Shown here one piece after another: positions 35,533 through 48,911 of a stretch of 64,000 bases of DNA. Under the pieces are notes generated by a model that was not told the DNA's origin, did no database searches, and was given only the letters and a program-made list of their open reading frames with translations. The position numbers and the translations under genes are program-made. Location of the stretch: positions 1 through 64,000 of the forward strand of contig DF237457.1 in NCBI GenBank assembly GCA_000708835.1, given 5' to 3'. The DNA comes from Klebsormidium nitens. Taxonomy: Eukaryota; Plantae; Klebsormidiophyceae. How positions within the stretch are numbered: position 1 is the stretch's first letter; each line of letters opens with the position of its first letter.

Positions 35533-36981
35533 ACGCCCGCGCTTGAATGCAAACGGCTGCATATACCGGGTCTCAAAGGAGGGACGGTGATTAGTTCAAG
35601 GTGGATATCAGTCTGAGTAGGACGGCCTCCCACACAGGTAGACACGCTCGATCATAAGTACGCCCAGCGGGACGTGCATATGGGGGGCGGTGACGGTGAC
35701 GCTTGAGTTCTTAGATGATACGGTCCGGGCATGCAGCAAAGGAGGGAGGATCTAGCGCAGTGGCATGACATAAGGCTAATAAGCGCAGCGAATCCATGAA
35801 TCTGGTGAGGACGCTCAATTCCTATCAGGACCCCTGCTTTGCAACGTCTCTGGGTTCTGGCTTACTTCGCATCATGCATGTCTAACCTACCGAATCTCGT
35901 TTTTACTGAGTCCTACTACCCTGAGCCGCGTTTATCTTTCTAGGTCAAAAGGTTGTAATTCTCAAACTCAGATCGAGTCTTATAATCGAGCAAGCGAAGT
36001 CTTCCTCAGAATGCCTTCCGCAGTTTGAAGGCAACTTGAGAACCTGCAAGCTGAAGTTCCACAGACTCAACGGAATGCAATATATGATACCGCGGCGCGC
36101 CTGGCGGGTATTGCATGCAATTCAAGTCGAGATTCGCCGTTCATTTGAGTATGTTATACTCGTAAGAACATGCCGGCCAGCTGCCAATGCGGCCATGATG
36201 AATGGATTGTCTGCAGACCTTGTTAAGTGATGCATAGACGGACTCGATCATGTGCTGGATCCAGCTTCCTTGTCAATACCCGCGAGTTCGCGAACGAAAT
36301 TGCATGGATGTATAAGACATGCCAAGATCTAAGATATCTCAATCGTCAGCGCGGCTAGACCGGGCGCCCTTCGTAGCTGGTGCGCGGCCTACTGAACGTG
36401 ATCATTATGCATGATCGCCGATCTTCAATTAAGTTACATGCTGATGATATACGGTTGACAGGCATTATGGATTTATGAAAAGCTTGTGGAAGGTGAGTCT
36501 TCAATGATAAGCCAAGGCTTTTGGTCAGTCATTGGGTCACATCAAAATGTCGTCGGAATTGTCAAAGAGCAACATGTACCAGTACGCTGTACGCCCAATC
36601 ATGATGATCCGCCGCAACGATGATCCACAACTACGATTAGGTGATTCCAAAACACACACACCCTGACAACGCGTGGCCACAGCCTTACCCCAAGCGCGAA
36701 GATCCCTTGACTATATAATATGCATTGCCTCTGTGTACACTCGGCCTCAAGACCAGCAAGGACTTCACACGTGTATCGCCATATGCGTCCTAACTACGCC
36801 CTCAAGTATTTGACTCTCTAATCCGATCGGCTACCTCGGCTGGCGAAAGGATCCCCCTCGGAGCTCTCTCACCTGGCAGCATGTCCTCGAAGGGGCCGGC
36901 TGCATACGCCTGCGAGCAGAACATGCAAGGTTTGGGGCAATCAGATAGCTTCGGAGGCCGTTCTACCCGGGACTCAGCTGC

Positions 36982-38651
36982 TCAAAAGCGGCGCAATGGG
37001 GCGCAAGTGAGCAAATCAGCGTCTGCCCTTGTCAACTTATACAGCAAACGCAGCCGGCGGTTAAAAGTACTGAGAGCGGCGCTGAGCTGGACAAGAGGGC
37101 GGGCAAGAGGCAGGCGGCCGTGCGCCTCGCTAGCCCCTAGCCAACGCGAGCAAGAAAGGGTGCCGCCCGACCATCGGGCCCCATTGTAGGGCTAGTATGC
37201 AGGGGGCGGAAGGTGTGCAGGCTCACCTTATAGAGATTGTTGGGAGTTTTCCGCAGCTTTTTGAGCATGTTGTTTTGGAAGGCAGTCTGGCGGTCCTTGT
37301 AAGCCTGCAGGTGAAGGAAACCGGTTTGCGAAACGTTATTCTTTCAAACAAGCAGCGAGCAGTCCGGGCTTGAAGTGAGGCTGCCACCTCAGCGATGAAA
37401 AGGTGGACATTGCTCTGGTGGGCTTGCTGGCATGCTCTACTCATTGAGTACCCCTGAACAGAATTGGATTTGACTTTGGAAGAAGCAACAAGATCAAAAG
37501 CATGACAAAAATGCAGCAATCGACCATCTCGGATGATAACGCGATTAACGATCTTCAGCAAGAAGAGCAAGGTTACGTAAACTTGAGGGGCCTGGGGGGC
37601 AATTCAATTCCTCGGCACATTCATCAGTTCTTCATTGCCAACCCTCCCGCCCCTCTTTGAGCAATGCATGCAGGTTGTCCCAACTCGGATGCTCAACTTT
37701 CCTCCAACACAGTTGAACAAACTTACACACATGAGGTGCCCAGGGCTCTCTCAGCGCATGCTCAGGTGCCTACGTAGATCCTTTGAAACACTTTGCACCA
37801 ACCCCAGCTGCCGTCCTGTTGGCAAATATTTTGCAAGTTAGGCGCCGCTCATCCACCCGCAATGTCGCTTGCACCAAATCAAGGATGGCTCACCTGGCTC
37901 TCAGGCTGGCTGGCCCACGTTCTAGCTGTTATGACGAGCCTGTTGTTTCTGACCTTCTCCAGGTACTGGCGGTACCCCTCTGCCACCCCCCCCTCGTAGG
38001 TTGCCTGTCCAATGTCGTCCATCGGCATCTTGCCAGGGCTCTGCGCAAGGAGGTAGCGCAGCCAGGCGTGAATCTCATCCTCTGGGGAAAGATTCTGCTC
38101 GGGTGTGGGGGGGTCACCGCCACCGCCTCCAGCTGCAGAGGTATCCTCAGGGTGCACCTTCCGCGACTGTAGGCAGCCAAGAGAGGAGAGTGAGCAGAGC
38201 GCAAAATGGAGTGGGCTCGCCTGTTACGTTCCCACCTGCATTTGTGTTTTTCAGCTAGGACAGAAAATCGTGGTACTTGTGCATGTGCAAGTTGAAGGGC
38301 TGCACTGTGCATATGATCCTCACAGATTATTTAGAACCTATACGAGGCGCCTACAAGAAACTGGATAGGCAGGCCAAGGTAATCTTAGTCTTTGCTGGCT
38401 TAGGTTGCTGCTGATAGGTGCCTTCCCTTATTGAGGAGCTTTGTGATCCCTGCCCACAGCTCGCAGTCCAAGATTCTCACGCGCTCTAAAAGCAGGCTTA
38501 CTCTCTACCAATATGCTTGTGTGGCCCAGAAAGATGGGCTGTTCCCGTCCAGCCCTTACAAGTTACATGCTGCATGAAACTGGTGCAAATGTGGTCTATT
38601 AAGCCCAGACCTGGAAGTGAGAGCTTGTGAGCTTACCGGTAGCTCTGCCAT
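36982..38651 (-). CDS. Small protein of unknown function (155 aa) with a 15-nt microexon
   Basis: Exons 38651-38637, 38166-37954, 37815-37774, 37591-37577, 37304-37227, 37086-36982; all GT-AG, all phase 0, no internal stop. Sequence MAELPSRKVHPED...EDEIHAWLRYLL...YRQYLEKDGSWGWCKVFQRIYAPQVYAYKDRQTAFQNNMLKKLRK...LRRF*. No family recognised. Confidence 0.6.
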
Positions 38652-39382
38652 AATGTTCCTGGTATCGTGTCGTGCAGCTGTGGGAGAGGTGTGGAAGCAA
38701 AGCTGAACGTGCTTTTGTTCAAAATCTTTATACCCTGCGCCTTCCGTCCTATTGATAGCGCTCTACCTCAGATGGACCAAAGCGAGGGTGGAGTCAGCAA
38801 GTTCGTGCCTCCTGCCCGCCTCCTGCAAGAAAGTCAGCTAGGGAGAGCTTTGCAGCATCTGTTTTGCCCCTTGCCTTGTTGAGAAATCCTGTCAGAGAAG
38901 CTGTCACGTTGTTCCAATGCGCTATCTCCGTCTGCAATCCTGGACCTTGAATGGTTACGTGTGTGAAAAGGGCAGCCGGAGAGCGAGGGATCCCTGGTCG
39001 CGTCACTGCAGCATCATGGTACTGCGCGCGGCCGCCGGCCCTGCGAAGCCGACCATCGGATATGAACCATGGCCCTGGGCTCATCAATCTGGTGCAGACT
39101 TGCATTGGTTGCAAAGGATAGGAGGGAGGATTGAGAGCGGCGCTCTGGTGGCATCTTTTCATCTGCAGCACGAGGTGTTGAACTTGAAGTCCTGCTCTGT
39201 TGTACGCCTGTTATTGGAGCGTCGGCGTCAAGCCCATTGTCAAGCGTGTAGGATGGTTCGACCGGCGAAATAGTCTGACAGCATTGACGTGCTGGATTGT
39301 TGAAGTTTTCTGCTTGTGCCCTATAGCTGCGGCTCTTCCAGCGGTGACTGCAGCCTTAAACTTTGAAAGGAAGCAGCATAAG

Positions 39383-41599
39383 ATGACTTCCATCCAAGAC
39401 CTGCCATCTGGGTGCCTGGGGCTTGTTTTCGGCGCTTTGGAAAGCTGGAAAGATAGAAACGCATGCTCTGAGGTATGCTTAGGCAAGGAATCTGACCTTT
39501 GAGACGTTTTTATCTCAGCTCGTCGTTGTCATTCGAGAGGGCAACTTCATGCCACTAAGCGCAGAAGGGCGTTTTGATTGCTCGCATTTGATAGCCTAGC
39601 ATCTCATACGTCGCACAGATTTGCAGAGGATACAAGATAGCATCTTGGCATATGCATCCATGCCGGTGCACACTATTTCTTGGATAGATAACTGTATTTA
39701 GTCTTATTCGCAAGACCTCTTGCAAAACTTTTTGCTCCAAATCTGGTCAAGGAATTGTACGTAGGCAATGGCGAGGATTTTGACATTCGGGCACATGTTC
39801 CAACATTAGTCTGCTCAGTGCATCTCCATCAGCGGGACTTTGCAAGCTTTTAAAACTCTCAGATCTAAAGATTCGAATACCATGTTCCGTTCTGGACTAG
39901 TCTGCATAGAGCATCTCCGTTAGTGGGACGCTGCAGCTTTCAAACTTTCATTCCTGTTTGCAGGTGTGTCAGAGTTGGAAGCTCGTGGATAATCAGACGC
40001 GCACCGATTTTGCAATCAGTCTGAGCCGCTATCACAAGCCGCCCCCCACACCAGCAGTCTTGGCATGGGTCTTCCAACGATTTCAGAACCTGAGGTGTTT
40101 GGGTTTAGCGTACATGGACTTGTCTGCAGAGTATCTGACGGTGAGTGCTTCCCCTCCATCACCTTTTCCTTGCGATGCGATGACCAATGCCGAACCTCGA
40201 TCAAGCAAGTATCCATTGTTTTGGACATAGTCTTTATTGTGTTGGGTTTCCTAGCTATTCCTTCAAGGGCCACGTGGTGCAAATCTGTGTTCAGAATGCA
40301 AGGACAGGTTAAGGGGACCCTGGCAGTCCTTATGGACATCAACAGTGAGGCGTGTACCGCTTAAGGAGCGGTTTCTTCGCTGTTCTCAGAGTGGGTTGCG
40401 AGGTCTGGTCAGGACATATTGACTCCATACCTACTAGCAGAGTCAATATGCTCTGAATAGTCATTGATCTTTAACATATATTGTTGTCTGCTTTTGGATA
40501 GGTTCTTGCGTCTGGTTGTCAGAATATCTCGGAGCTCCGTATGAGGATGTGCAAAGGCAACGGACTAGACTCCGCTGGGTTGCACCTGCCGGTTTTGACG
40601 AGCCTCCACTTGACAAGGTGAGTATTTGAGATGGGTTTCAGATTACAATGTGGTCAATGGGTGAAGGGGTCAACCCGAAAGATTGATCGATGAAGTGCAG
40701 TGTCCATCCGAACGGACGCCTGCTTGAACCAAAAAGCTGCTGGACCTGGGAGCTTACTGGAAGACCCAGAGTCCATGTGTACGTTTCTTAAATTGTGTAC
40801 CTTAATTCTCCAGTGTGGTTGTAAACCGATTTCAGCTAACGAAGTACCTCGTTTTTTCCGTCCCGTCTGCAGACTTCCTGATCTTACGGACGCCGGTTTG
40901 ATCAACCTGACTCAGAGCTCGAGGGCGCTGAAGGAGATATATGTGGAAGGGTGTGCTCTCTTGACCGATAAGGGCTTCTCAGCATTCAAAACGCAATGCC
41001 CCGCCCTCGAAAGCCTTACTCTGGACCGTATATACAACGTCGCAGGCGATGGAATCGCAGACGGTTGTCCAAGTTTGACGCACCTCCGGTGTTCTTCCGC
41101 AAAAATTGACGCTGGCGGCCTGCAAGCGATATGCAGGCGGTGTCCTGGGCTGACCAGTTTAAGCCTGCAGACGTCAGCATTGCACCTGTCTGCGGACTAT
41201 GAAGCAATTGGTTGCTGCACTAAGCTTCAGGATCTTGAGCTACACCAGCCTCTTGCATTACGGGATACTGCAGTAGCTGTTATAGTAAACAGTTGCAAGG
41301 AGTTGCGGTCGCTCCAGTTGCCAAACTGGGATACACAAAATCTGTCAGGTGTGTCCCTCCCAGGTCATAGCAAGTTGACCTTTCTAAACCTCGATTCTTG
41401 TGTTGGACTGACGATTCAACAACTTCAGGACTTCGTGAAAGTTCTGTTTCCGTCACTGCAACAATTGGGGATACGGAACATGAAGGCAGTGGATTGGGAA
41501 GTGGACGATATCAAGGACTATTTACAGGCTCTGAAGCCCTCGCTGCAAGTAATCGGATCAACCAGTAGAGATGTTCCCCATACGCTAAGCATACTCTGA
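39383..41599 (+). CDS. F-box/LRR protein, copy 2 (intact), ~369 aa
   Basis: Exons 39383-39472, 39964-40140, 40502-40617, 40873-41599, in phase. MTSIQDLPSGCLGLVF F-box plus cysteine-containing LRRs (CPALESLTL, CPSLTHL, CPGLTSL). Same three intron positions as copy 1. Confidence 0.88.
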
Positions 41600-42438
41600 C
41601 AAGGAGTGGTGAAACCATGGACAAAATCAGCGGTGAGGAACTTAGCTGCCGAAAACGGACAAACATTCACGACAATTGACCATGAATTTCAAGTGCGATT
41701 AGGCAGCTGTTCCTAGAGATCGTATGGCATCAAGGTTTCTCATGGCTTGCGGTGCCAGCCTAAGTTTCCTTTTAGTATTTCCAAGACATATGTGGAGATG
41801 GTGTCCGACGATCTTTCATTAGCATAGATCTCATTGCATGCAATGATGAGCTGGCAATGCGCGCTGTGGCAACACGTCCAACAGGGCGCGCGCACGTAGT
41901 AGCTCATAACTTTAAAGATTAAGACCGCAGGTGCGGCCGGTGCCAGCACATGCTGCAGCTCACGCAGCGTTGATCTGGCACATGATATGTACATGCAGTG
42001 CAAAAAAATCAATCTATACACGCATATTGGAGTGATCTTTGACTGTCAGACCCATACGGTTTGCTTCTGGCGGCCACTTGGACGCATTTTATTCGGCCGT
42101 TTGATTTCACATTTCGGCATTCTCTATACTTTATCATGAAACGCCGCCTAGGGAGCATTGCGATGGCTGCGCAGATACTGACAAAGTTGTTGAACGAAGA
42201 TTATTCCCGTTCACTCGACAATGTATTTCAGATTCAGCGAGGGCGGCTTATCACTTTGATAACCTGCATCCCCCTACGACTTCCTCCTCCTCTGAAGCGA
42301 CCACAGGGCGAAGCATGCCGGACGTGCCGCTGCAGTGCGGCATCTGCACCTAGGCAAGGAAGAGAGATGGTCCCAGAACACGCGTGGCTTTCTGTCAAGT
42401 CGCTGTGAGATATGAACACCTCACAGCGCGCCTTGCTC

Positions 42439-45400
42439 TCACCGAGAGGCCACTACGACAAGACCCTTTCCCGTGTTCAGCACTTTCCTTTGGCTGCCGT
42501 CCTCCTGTCGGCTTTTCCCAGGGGGGCTCGCGAGGCCCCGCTCGCTGGCCACGCTGTTGACCAGGTCAATCTCCGCCTGCTTGGCCGCCTGCCGCGCCTG
42601 CATCCGCTTCACTTTGGCGGGACGCATCTTCTTCTTCTTCTTCCGTGGCTCCACCTCGATCTGCCCTTCCTCGGGGGACTCTTCTCCGTCAGGGTCCTCT
42701 GCACGGAATAGCACACGAGATAAGACAAGCCGAAACAGAAGTAGAGCACGGAGGCAATTTCGGCCCTTTTCCTTCTTTCGGCCCCAGGCATTCTGGCCAC
42801 TGCTGAATCATGTTGCATCGTTGGGGCTGTTAGCCGGATCTGGGATAGTAAAGAGGTACCGTATCGGTCGTTGTATAGAGCCATTCTCGCCCACTCAACA
42901 GGATTGTCAGGTACCATATTGAATTGGATGTCCCCAACAAAGCAAGAAAAGCGCACTCGCAGTGGCCTAGCAATCGATACTGAACACCGGGATCTTCTCA
43001 TGATAATCTGTTTGAAACTGCATCTCCACAAGCACCTCACACGCAAATCCTGGCCACCTTGAGTGGGCCCACTCAAAACTAGCTACAACCACCGGCCATC
43101 CTCACCTGCTTCGGGTTCCTCTTCCGCCTCCACCCGTTGCTTCTTCCTCCCACCTCCCAAGTCCAGCTTCCCGTTCGGCGACGTCTTGGGGGCCCACCGG
43201 TCCCCTTCGTCACTCCTTTCCCTCTTGCTTCCCCGGCTCGGCTTTGCTTCTGTGGTGTCAAGGTCTGCCTCGTAAGCCCCGTGTGGGGTGCTGACACCAG
43301 CCTCGGGTGTGTGCCCGGGGCTCGGTGGCGCCACTTTCCGTTTGAGCAAGATCTTGTCCATGCGAACGATGCGTTCTAAAAGACCCTGCCCCGCCTCGCC
43401 CTCGGTGGTCAGCAGGTTATGGGCGTGCATGAAGGCGGAACGGACCTGGGAGGATAAGAAGGAAGGAGAGAGGTGAGGCGAACGGCCAGGAACGGTCGCA
43501 AGTGATTGTAGAAGATTACGGCGCACGAGAGAAGCCAAAAGGAACGGGAAGCGAATAGACGGATCTGCCCACGAAGAAAGTCGAAAGGGCACTACGACGG
43601 GCGACGACATAGGCACAGAATAAAGATTCCGCGCGACGTGAGAAGGCAAGCAAATAGAAGGGACACATGGCCGAGGAGATAGGAGGTCACTTGAGTAAGG
43701 CCGCAGAAGCCGGGAAAGAGGGCGGACGATAAAGCCAAAGAGAAAGCCCCAAGAGCGACGACCGAGGGCCACATAAAAGCTGGCCGTTGTTGCAAACGGA
43801 TGAAACCGCTTCAGCATTCCACCGAACAGTCTCTTTGACTAGGGCAACACCCGCAACAACAACCGGTGATGATGGAGCGCTGTCATAGCCCGGCCAGAAC
43901 CGACGCGATATCTGGATTCAGGTTACGATGCCCCAATCCCTGAGAATCATGCCAACAGTACGTCCGCCTGCCAATCGCCCACGCTCACCTTTTGCACGTT
44001 GTACGAGTTTTTGCCAATGTCGTTGTTCTCGTCCTGCGGGTCGCGCACCGACAGCAGGAACGGGCGGTCATGATTGAACGTCCCCGCCTCGCGCTTGTTG
44101 AAGAATGCGCCCCCGTCCTTGCACGACACGCCCACGTCTCGTACATTGAGCATCTTGCCGTAGAGCTCGAAGAAATCAATAAGCAGAATGCCCAGGTTAG
44201 AATCAAGCGGCTGCGCGGGCCCGCCGCTCTCGTAGCCGCGCCGGCTGGGGTGGAGCTGCAGATGCGCCATCAGCATCACGATAAGCGCGTACGAGCCGAT
44301 GCCGCCAGTGTACACCTGCACAACGCAAAGTGGCGGAGTTCTCGAAATTGTTGCCGTGTAAAAGTAGCGGGCTTTGAAGTATTTCTGTATTGAATCACCA
44401 TGCTGCTGTCAGGCTTGTGCTTGCATTGCTCTAGACGTGACAGCAATGTGTCGAAATGGTGGCAAACCCTTTTGTCTGTCCTCTGGGCAGCAAAAGCTGA
44501 CTCCGCTTTTGAAAATATCGAGATCGGGAATGGCTTCCTTGAAAGCACACCTGTGACACTTGTAAGAGAGGGCCTCGAACGGCCAACCGCATGTCGTAAC
44601 ACTTGCTCGGGTTCTGGAACAGAGTGTGTATCCTCCAGGCCTGTCTGACAACGCACGCGAATAGAGGGTACGGCAAGAAAAGCAGTCTAGCTGGCAGCTT
44701 TACCTCGTTCAGCTCCCGTTGCTGGAGAAAAATCTTAACCACCAGGCAGAGGGGCCGCAGGGGCGGCAGCGTCTTCATGGACTGGCGGATGAACTTGGCG
44801 GCGGCAGGGCCATTCTCCACATCGAAGCTGATGTCAAACTGGATCTTGCTCTCCACCTCCACGAACTTGATGATGGGAACGCGGGCTTTGGCAATTACCT
44901 GCAAAATATGCAAAGCACTGTGAGCCCTCATAGCCTCGTCAGAGAGTGTCGACACCGGAGGTTTCGAACTGATCTGGAAAGGGATCGGTGAGAACAGAGC
45001 ACTGAAGCTTCCACAACGTCAGCGTTACAGAGGCCCTCTCATATACGTACCGCCACTTTCCGCTTCATGACAGACCACCGTTCTCCGACGTACGACTCTC
45101 AGCAGAGTTCTGCCCGACTCCGATGTGGCTGTTCAAACATTCGCTATATGCTGCGTGCCTCAAAGATCCGCGGAGCCAAACGAGCTTCTTCCCACCTGTA
45201 TCTGCTTCGCAATCCTCCTTTTGGACAGCTGCAGCGAGAGCGCTCGCAGAGCGTTGGGAACGTTGTCCACGCCCGAGTTGAGTACCACCATGTCCATGTC
45301 GCTGGTCGGCAAGAAGAGGCCGGTGGCATATGATCCAAAGACGGTGGGCGTGCAGTCCGGCCATATGGACAAAATCACATCCTTCACGCGCTCAACAGCG

Positions 45401-46147
45401 GCCTCGCGCAGGGCACGCTCGTCATCGGTAGCGGCGAGGAAGTCGCAGAAGTCAATGATCTCTGCGGACAGGGGAAAGGCTTGGGGGTTTACGAGTGAGC
45501 AGAAGCAGGTCAATCTGTGATGATGCAGAGAAATGTAGATGGTGTCAACCAAAAGAGCCGTGGCACGTTTCTTACCAAAGATGGTCAGAGACAAGCGCGC
45601 CATCGGCCAAAAACTTTGAGCTGACTCTGTCACTGAGATCAATGATTTGTCGCAACACAAGTAATCGTACCGCCGTGCCCTTACCTTGATGCAATCTCAG
45701 CAGGGGGCTGCGAACAAGGCCCCGCTTGACACTTGCCAGAGCCCAGGGCGGAGGCGTGTATCCGGCCTTCCCAGCCTGTTGCCCGGAGGACCCCTCCTCG
45801 TGGTCCTCATCATCCTCGTCAGCGAGGGCATACCTAAACTCATCGGCCGGCTCTTCGAAATCTTCCAGGGAAAGAAACTCCCCAATCTCCCCCTCCGAAG
45901 CTCTCGCAGCTTGCAGACCATCATTAACAGCACTTGGCTCAACGTCTGGCAAGGTTTCTTCAAGCTTCCCAGGCGAGCTAGTGGAAGTGGCTGCTTGTCT
46001 GGCACGCACTCTAGCGGCAACTTGCCCAAGGAAAGTGCCGCGCTCGGTGACGGTTTCTTCATGAAGTTCCTTGGCATCCCAGCTGCCAAGCGGCTCGGCA
46101 GCAATGTCGTACTTGAAAGTTGGAACGTCCTCCTCATCAGAATCCAT
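42439..46147 (-). CDS. TRF4: Non-canonical poly(A) polymerase, TRF4/TENT4 (PAPD5/7) family, TRAMP-type, ~616 aa
   Basis: Exons 46147-45685, 45461-45196, 44898-44704, 44315-43989, 43445-43106, 42698-42439, in phase. Motifs LRLHQEIIDF, FGSYATGLFLPTSDMDMV, KARVPIIKF, FDISF, RELNEVYTGGIGSY, DPQDENNDIG; basic NLS-like PRKKKKK. Confidence 0.93.
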
Positions 46148-47265
46148 ACCACCACTTGATCAGGGGAAAAACTTCAATTCGGCACCCACCAAGGATAATC
46201 ATACAGCAATCTCAAGCAGCTCGGTGAGCCCTGCTACAGCAGCTCGAGGGCGCTTCCAAATCTGGACAAGGAGAATTGGATGTAGTGGCAGTGCATCGGA
46301 GCACCCCGGACTCAGAGTCAGAGTCAGTGCACTGTGCAGTGCATGGAAATAGGCCGTCACAGCAGGTGGCGTTGATCAAGAGCGTATGGGGCGAGATATC
46401 ATGCACGCGAAGCCTTGCGTTGCTCACCTTTGGCCTTTATAGCCCGGTGAAATGAAGCCAGTTGACGCGAAACAAGGCCCTCAGCAAAAGCCGCTTTCCA
46501 CCCCAAATTCAGACGGAATATCACCCTTCCTTCTTCTAATATAACTTCAAGATCTCTAATACCAAGGTCAAAGAAAATGTCCTGAGCAATGCTACAGGTA
46601 GATCGCCGCGTTTTGTCGCACTCGGTCTTCATTTCCCATTGGCTGAATTTTTCAGAGTGCCTCCAGTCTGCGCAGTTTAGACCGTTTTTACTTTGGACAA
46701 GGTTCTGCTCCGCTTTTACCGGGTTTTGAGTCATCGACGATCCGGAATGGCTAAAAAGTGGTGACCACGCCAATGAACGGCCGGGAAATGATAGTTTGCG
46801 TGCCACAGGCAGTCCCCAATCGCGGCGATCTACCTGCTAATTATGCTTCAGAATCAAAGCTGAACAAGTTGGCAGAGATGTTCAGGCAGAAAAGGGCTCG
46901 AACTTTGAAGTTCTGAACTTCGAGAATACCGTAGCAGCCAAATGGTCAAGAAAGTCGCCACCACTACTTCGCTTGGAAAATGTCAATGCGGTGGTGGCAG
47001 CAGAACAGCAGAATTCATGCACCCTTCCTGTGATTATTGGATAAGTGGTGACTTGTTGGATGGGTTTCAGCTCCAACAAACTCTGATGCTGCGCCAGCTG
47101 CTGCATTTGAAGAAGATATGGGACCTCTTATCATGAGTTGGCCCTGCCTGTGAGGTGATCGATTAGGAATACAAGGACACACATGCCTTCAAAGGGCCCC
47201 TACTGGCCAGCTCCGCCCCACTTCCTGTAGACTGTCTGGATCTTCAGTTTCTTTCATCTGTTTAG

Positions 47266-48911
47266 ATGTTCGGAGGGATGGCGCTTCGGAAAGCCATCAT
47301 GCGCTGCTTACAGGATGGTCAGCAGCGAGCCATGTTGGGCTCCTTAGAGCTGGCTTTCACGAGCACACCATCAGTGTGTTTGCGTGCGTCTCCAAAAGTG
47401 ACCAAGACAAGTGATCCATGGAGTGCTCATGCTGGTGCAAACCATGCCAGTCCACCAACACTGCAGGCGGATTCAGATAGTCTGGCACGCTATTTGCTGG
47501 TTCCTGAAGAGCGCTTGTCAGTTACTCGGGTGAGGGCACTTTTTTGTGGGCGATGTCTGGGTGGTATTGCGGTGGTGGCCTACTCCATCAATGATTTTGT
47601 TGCTGGTCAGCTTCAATGCAATCCAATCTCTGCAAAAACCAAGAGTGCATCAATAAGGAGACAACAAGTCCCCAGATTGTACTCCTGTAGAGGGGAGGAC
47701 TTTCAAAAAACTGCAGATTACTGTTTACATGCTTCCGCTTAATATGTAACTTCCATTTGGTCTTGTCAATAACCAGGGTCTCTCAACACCATCCATGAAC
47801 ACAGCCCGGCGAAAGTTCTACTCATTTTCACACACGAGCCTGCCAGCGGACAGCTCTCAACCTTCTGAACCGTCAATGTAAGTCACCCCTGGCCTTTATG
47901 TGTAGAGAGGAGGATCCCTTCATTGCTGCATGAGTGTCCATGCCAATAGAAGTGGTTCAGCATGCTTGCATACTGCTTAAACAATATTCCTGCCATGTGC
48001 ACATATTTGTTGACGAAACTTCTGACCACTAACGAGTTTGCCTCTTCTGGGGGCCAGGTCCACAATTCCCTTGAACGAATTCCATGAGTTAGCCGACGAA
48101 ACCCTTCATCGGTTACAAGAAGCTGTAGAGGAGTTTGTGGAAGACCAGGACGTTGATGGGGCTGACGTAGAGTACTCGGTATGTGTCGACTGTTATTTAT
48201 CGACTTGCCTCGAGTCTGTCACGAGTTATCTCTTACGTTGGTCTCTTGCAGCAACGTGTGCTTCACTTGATATGGATATGCGTGCTCCTTCTTCTGCTCT
48301 TGGTAACAAGTCCTTGAGCGTCAGTATCTTTTGACCATCTTTGCAGAAAGGTTTCGTTCCAGATTCGTGATATATTCTGCAAATCTGCATTCAGTTTTTA
48401 GTTTCTATCGAGAATGATCCAGCTGCTGACACAGCCAAAAAAATGTAATTTTGCACAACCTTGTCATCGTCGAAGTCCATTCCCTCTACTTACGGAATCT
48501 CTTTCCTGCTTTCTCAGACGGGTGTCCTCACAATCAAGCTCGGAGGACTGGGGACTTACGTCATAAACAAGCAGACCCCAAATCGGCAGATATGGTTTTC
48601 TTCGCCAGTCAGGTAAAAAGTCGCTCTAAAGAAGTCGTTGCAGTCTCACCTTTAGTGGGCCTTCCTTCGAGGAGCAAGACCTCCACAATCACCCGACTAT
48701 GCATGTCACTTTCCTTGATCATGTGAAACTCAAATCTCGGCTCCCTTCCTTTACGTAACCGACTGTCTCTGTTTCTTGCAGCGGACCTGCACGATTTGAT
48801 TGGTTGCCAGAGTCGGAGGCGTGGGTGTACAGAAGGACGAAGGCCGAGCTTTTGAGAGTTCTCGAAGAAGAGCTTGAACAACTCGTGCACGCCAAAATAC
48901 ATTTGCGTTAG
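47266..48911 (+). CDS. FXN: Frataxin (CyaY family), mitochondrial precursor, ~236 aa
   Basis: Exons 47266-47529, 47777-47877, 48058-48178, 48518-48612, 48782-48911, in phase. Motifs [54 protein letters not shown]. Exons 1-2 (presequence) are less certain. Confidence 0.93.

Noticed and set aside
46399-46806. 135-aa ORF upstream of TRF4 with a GTGAG donor
   Set aside because: I found no in-frame splice path to the TRF4 exon. More likely 5' UTR or promoter sequence.
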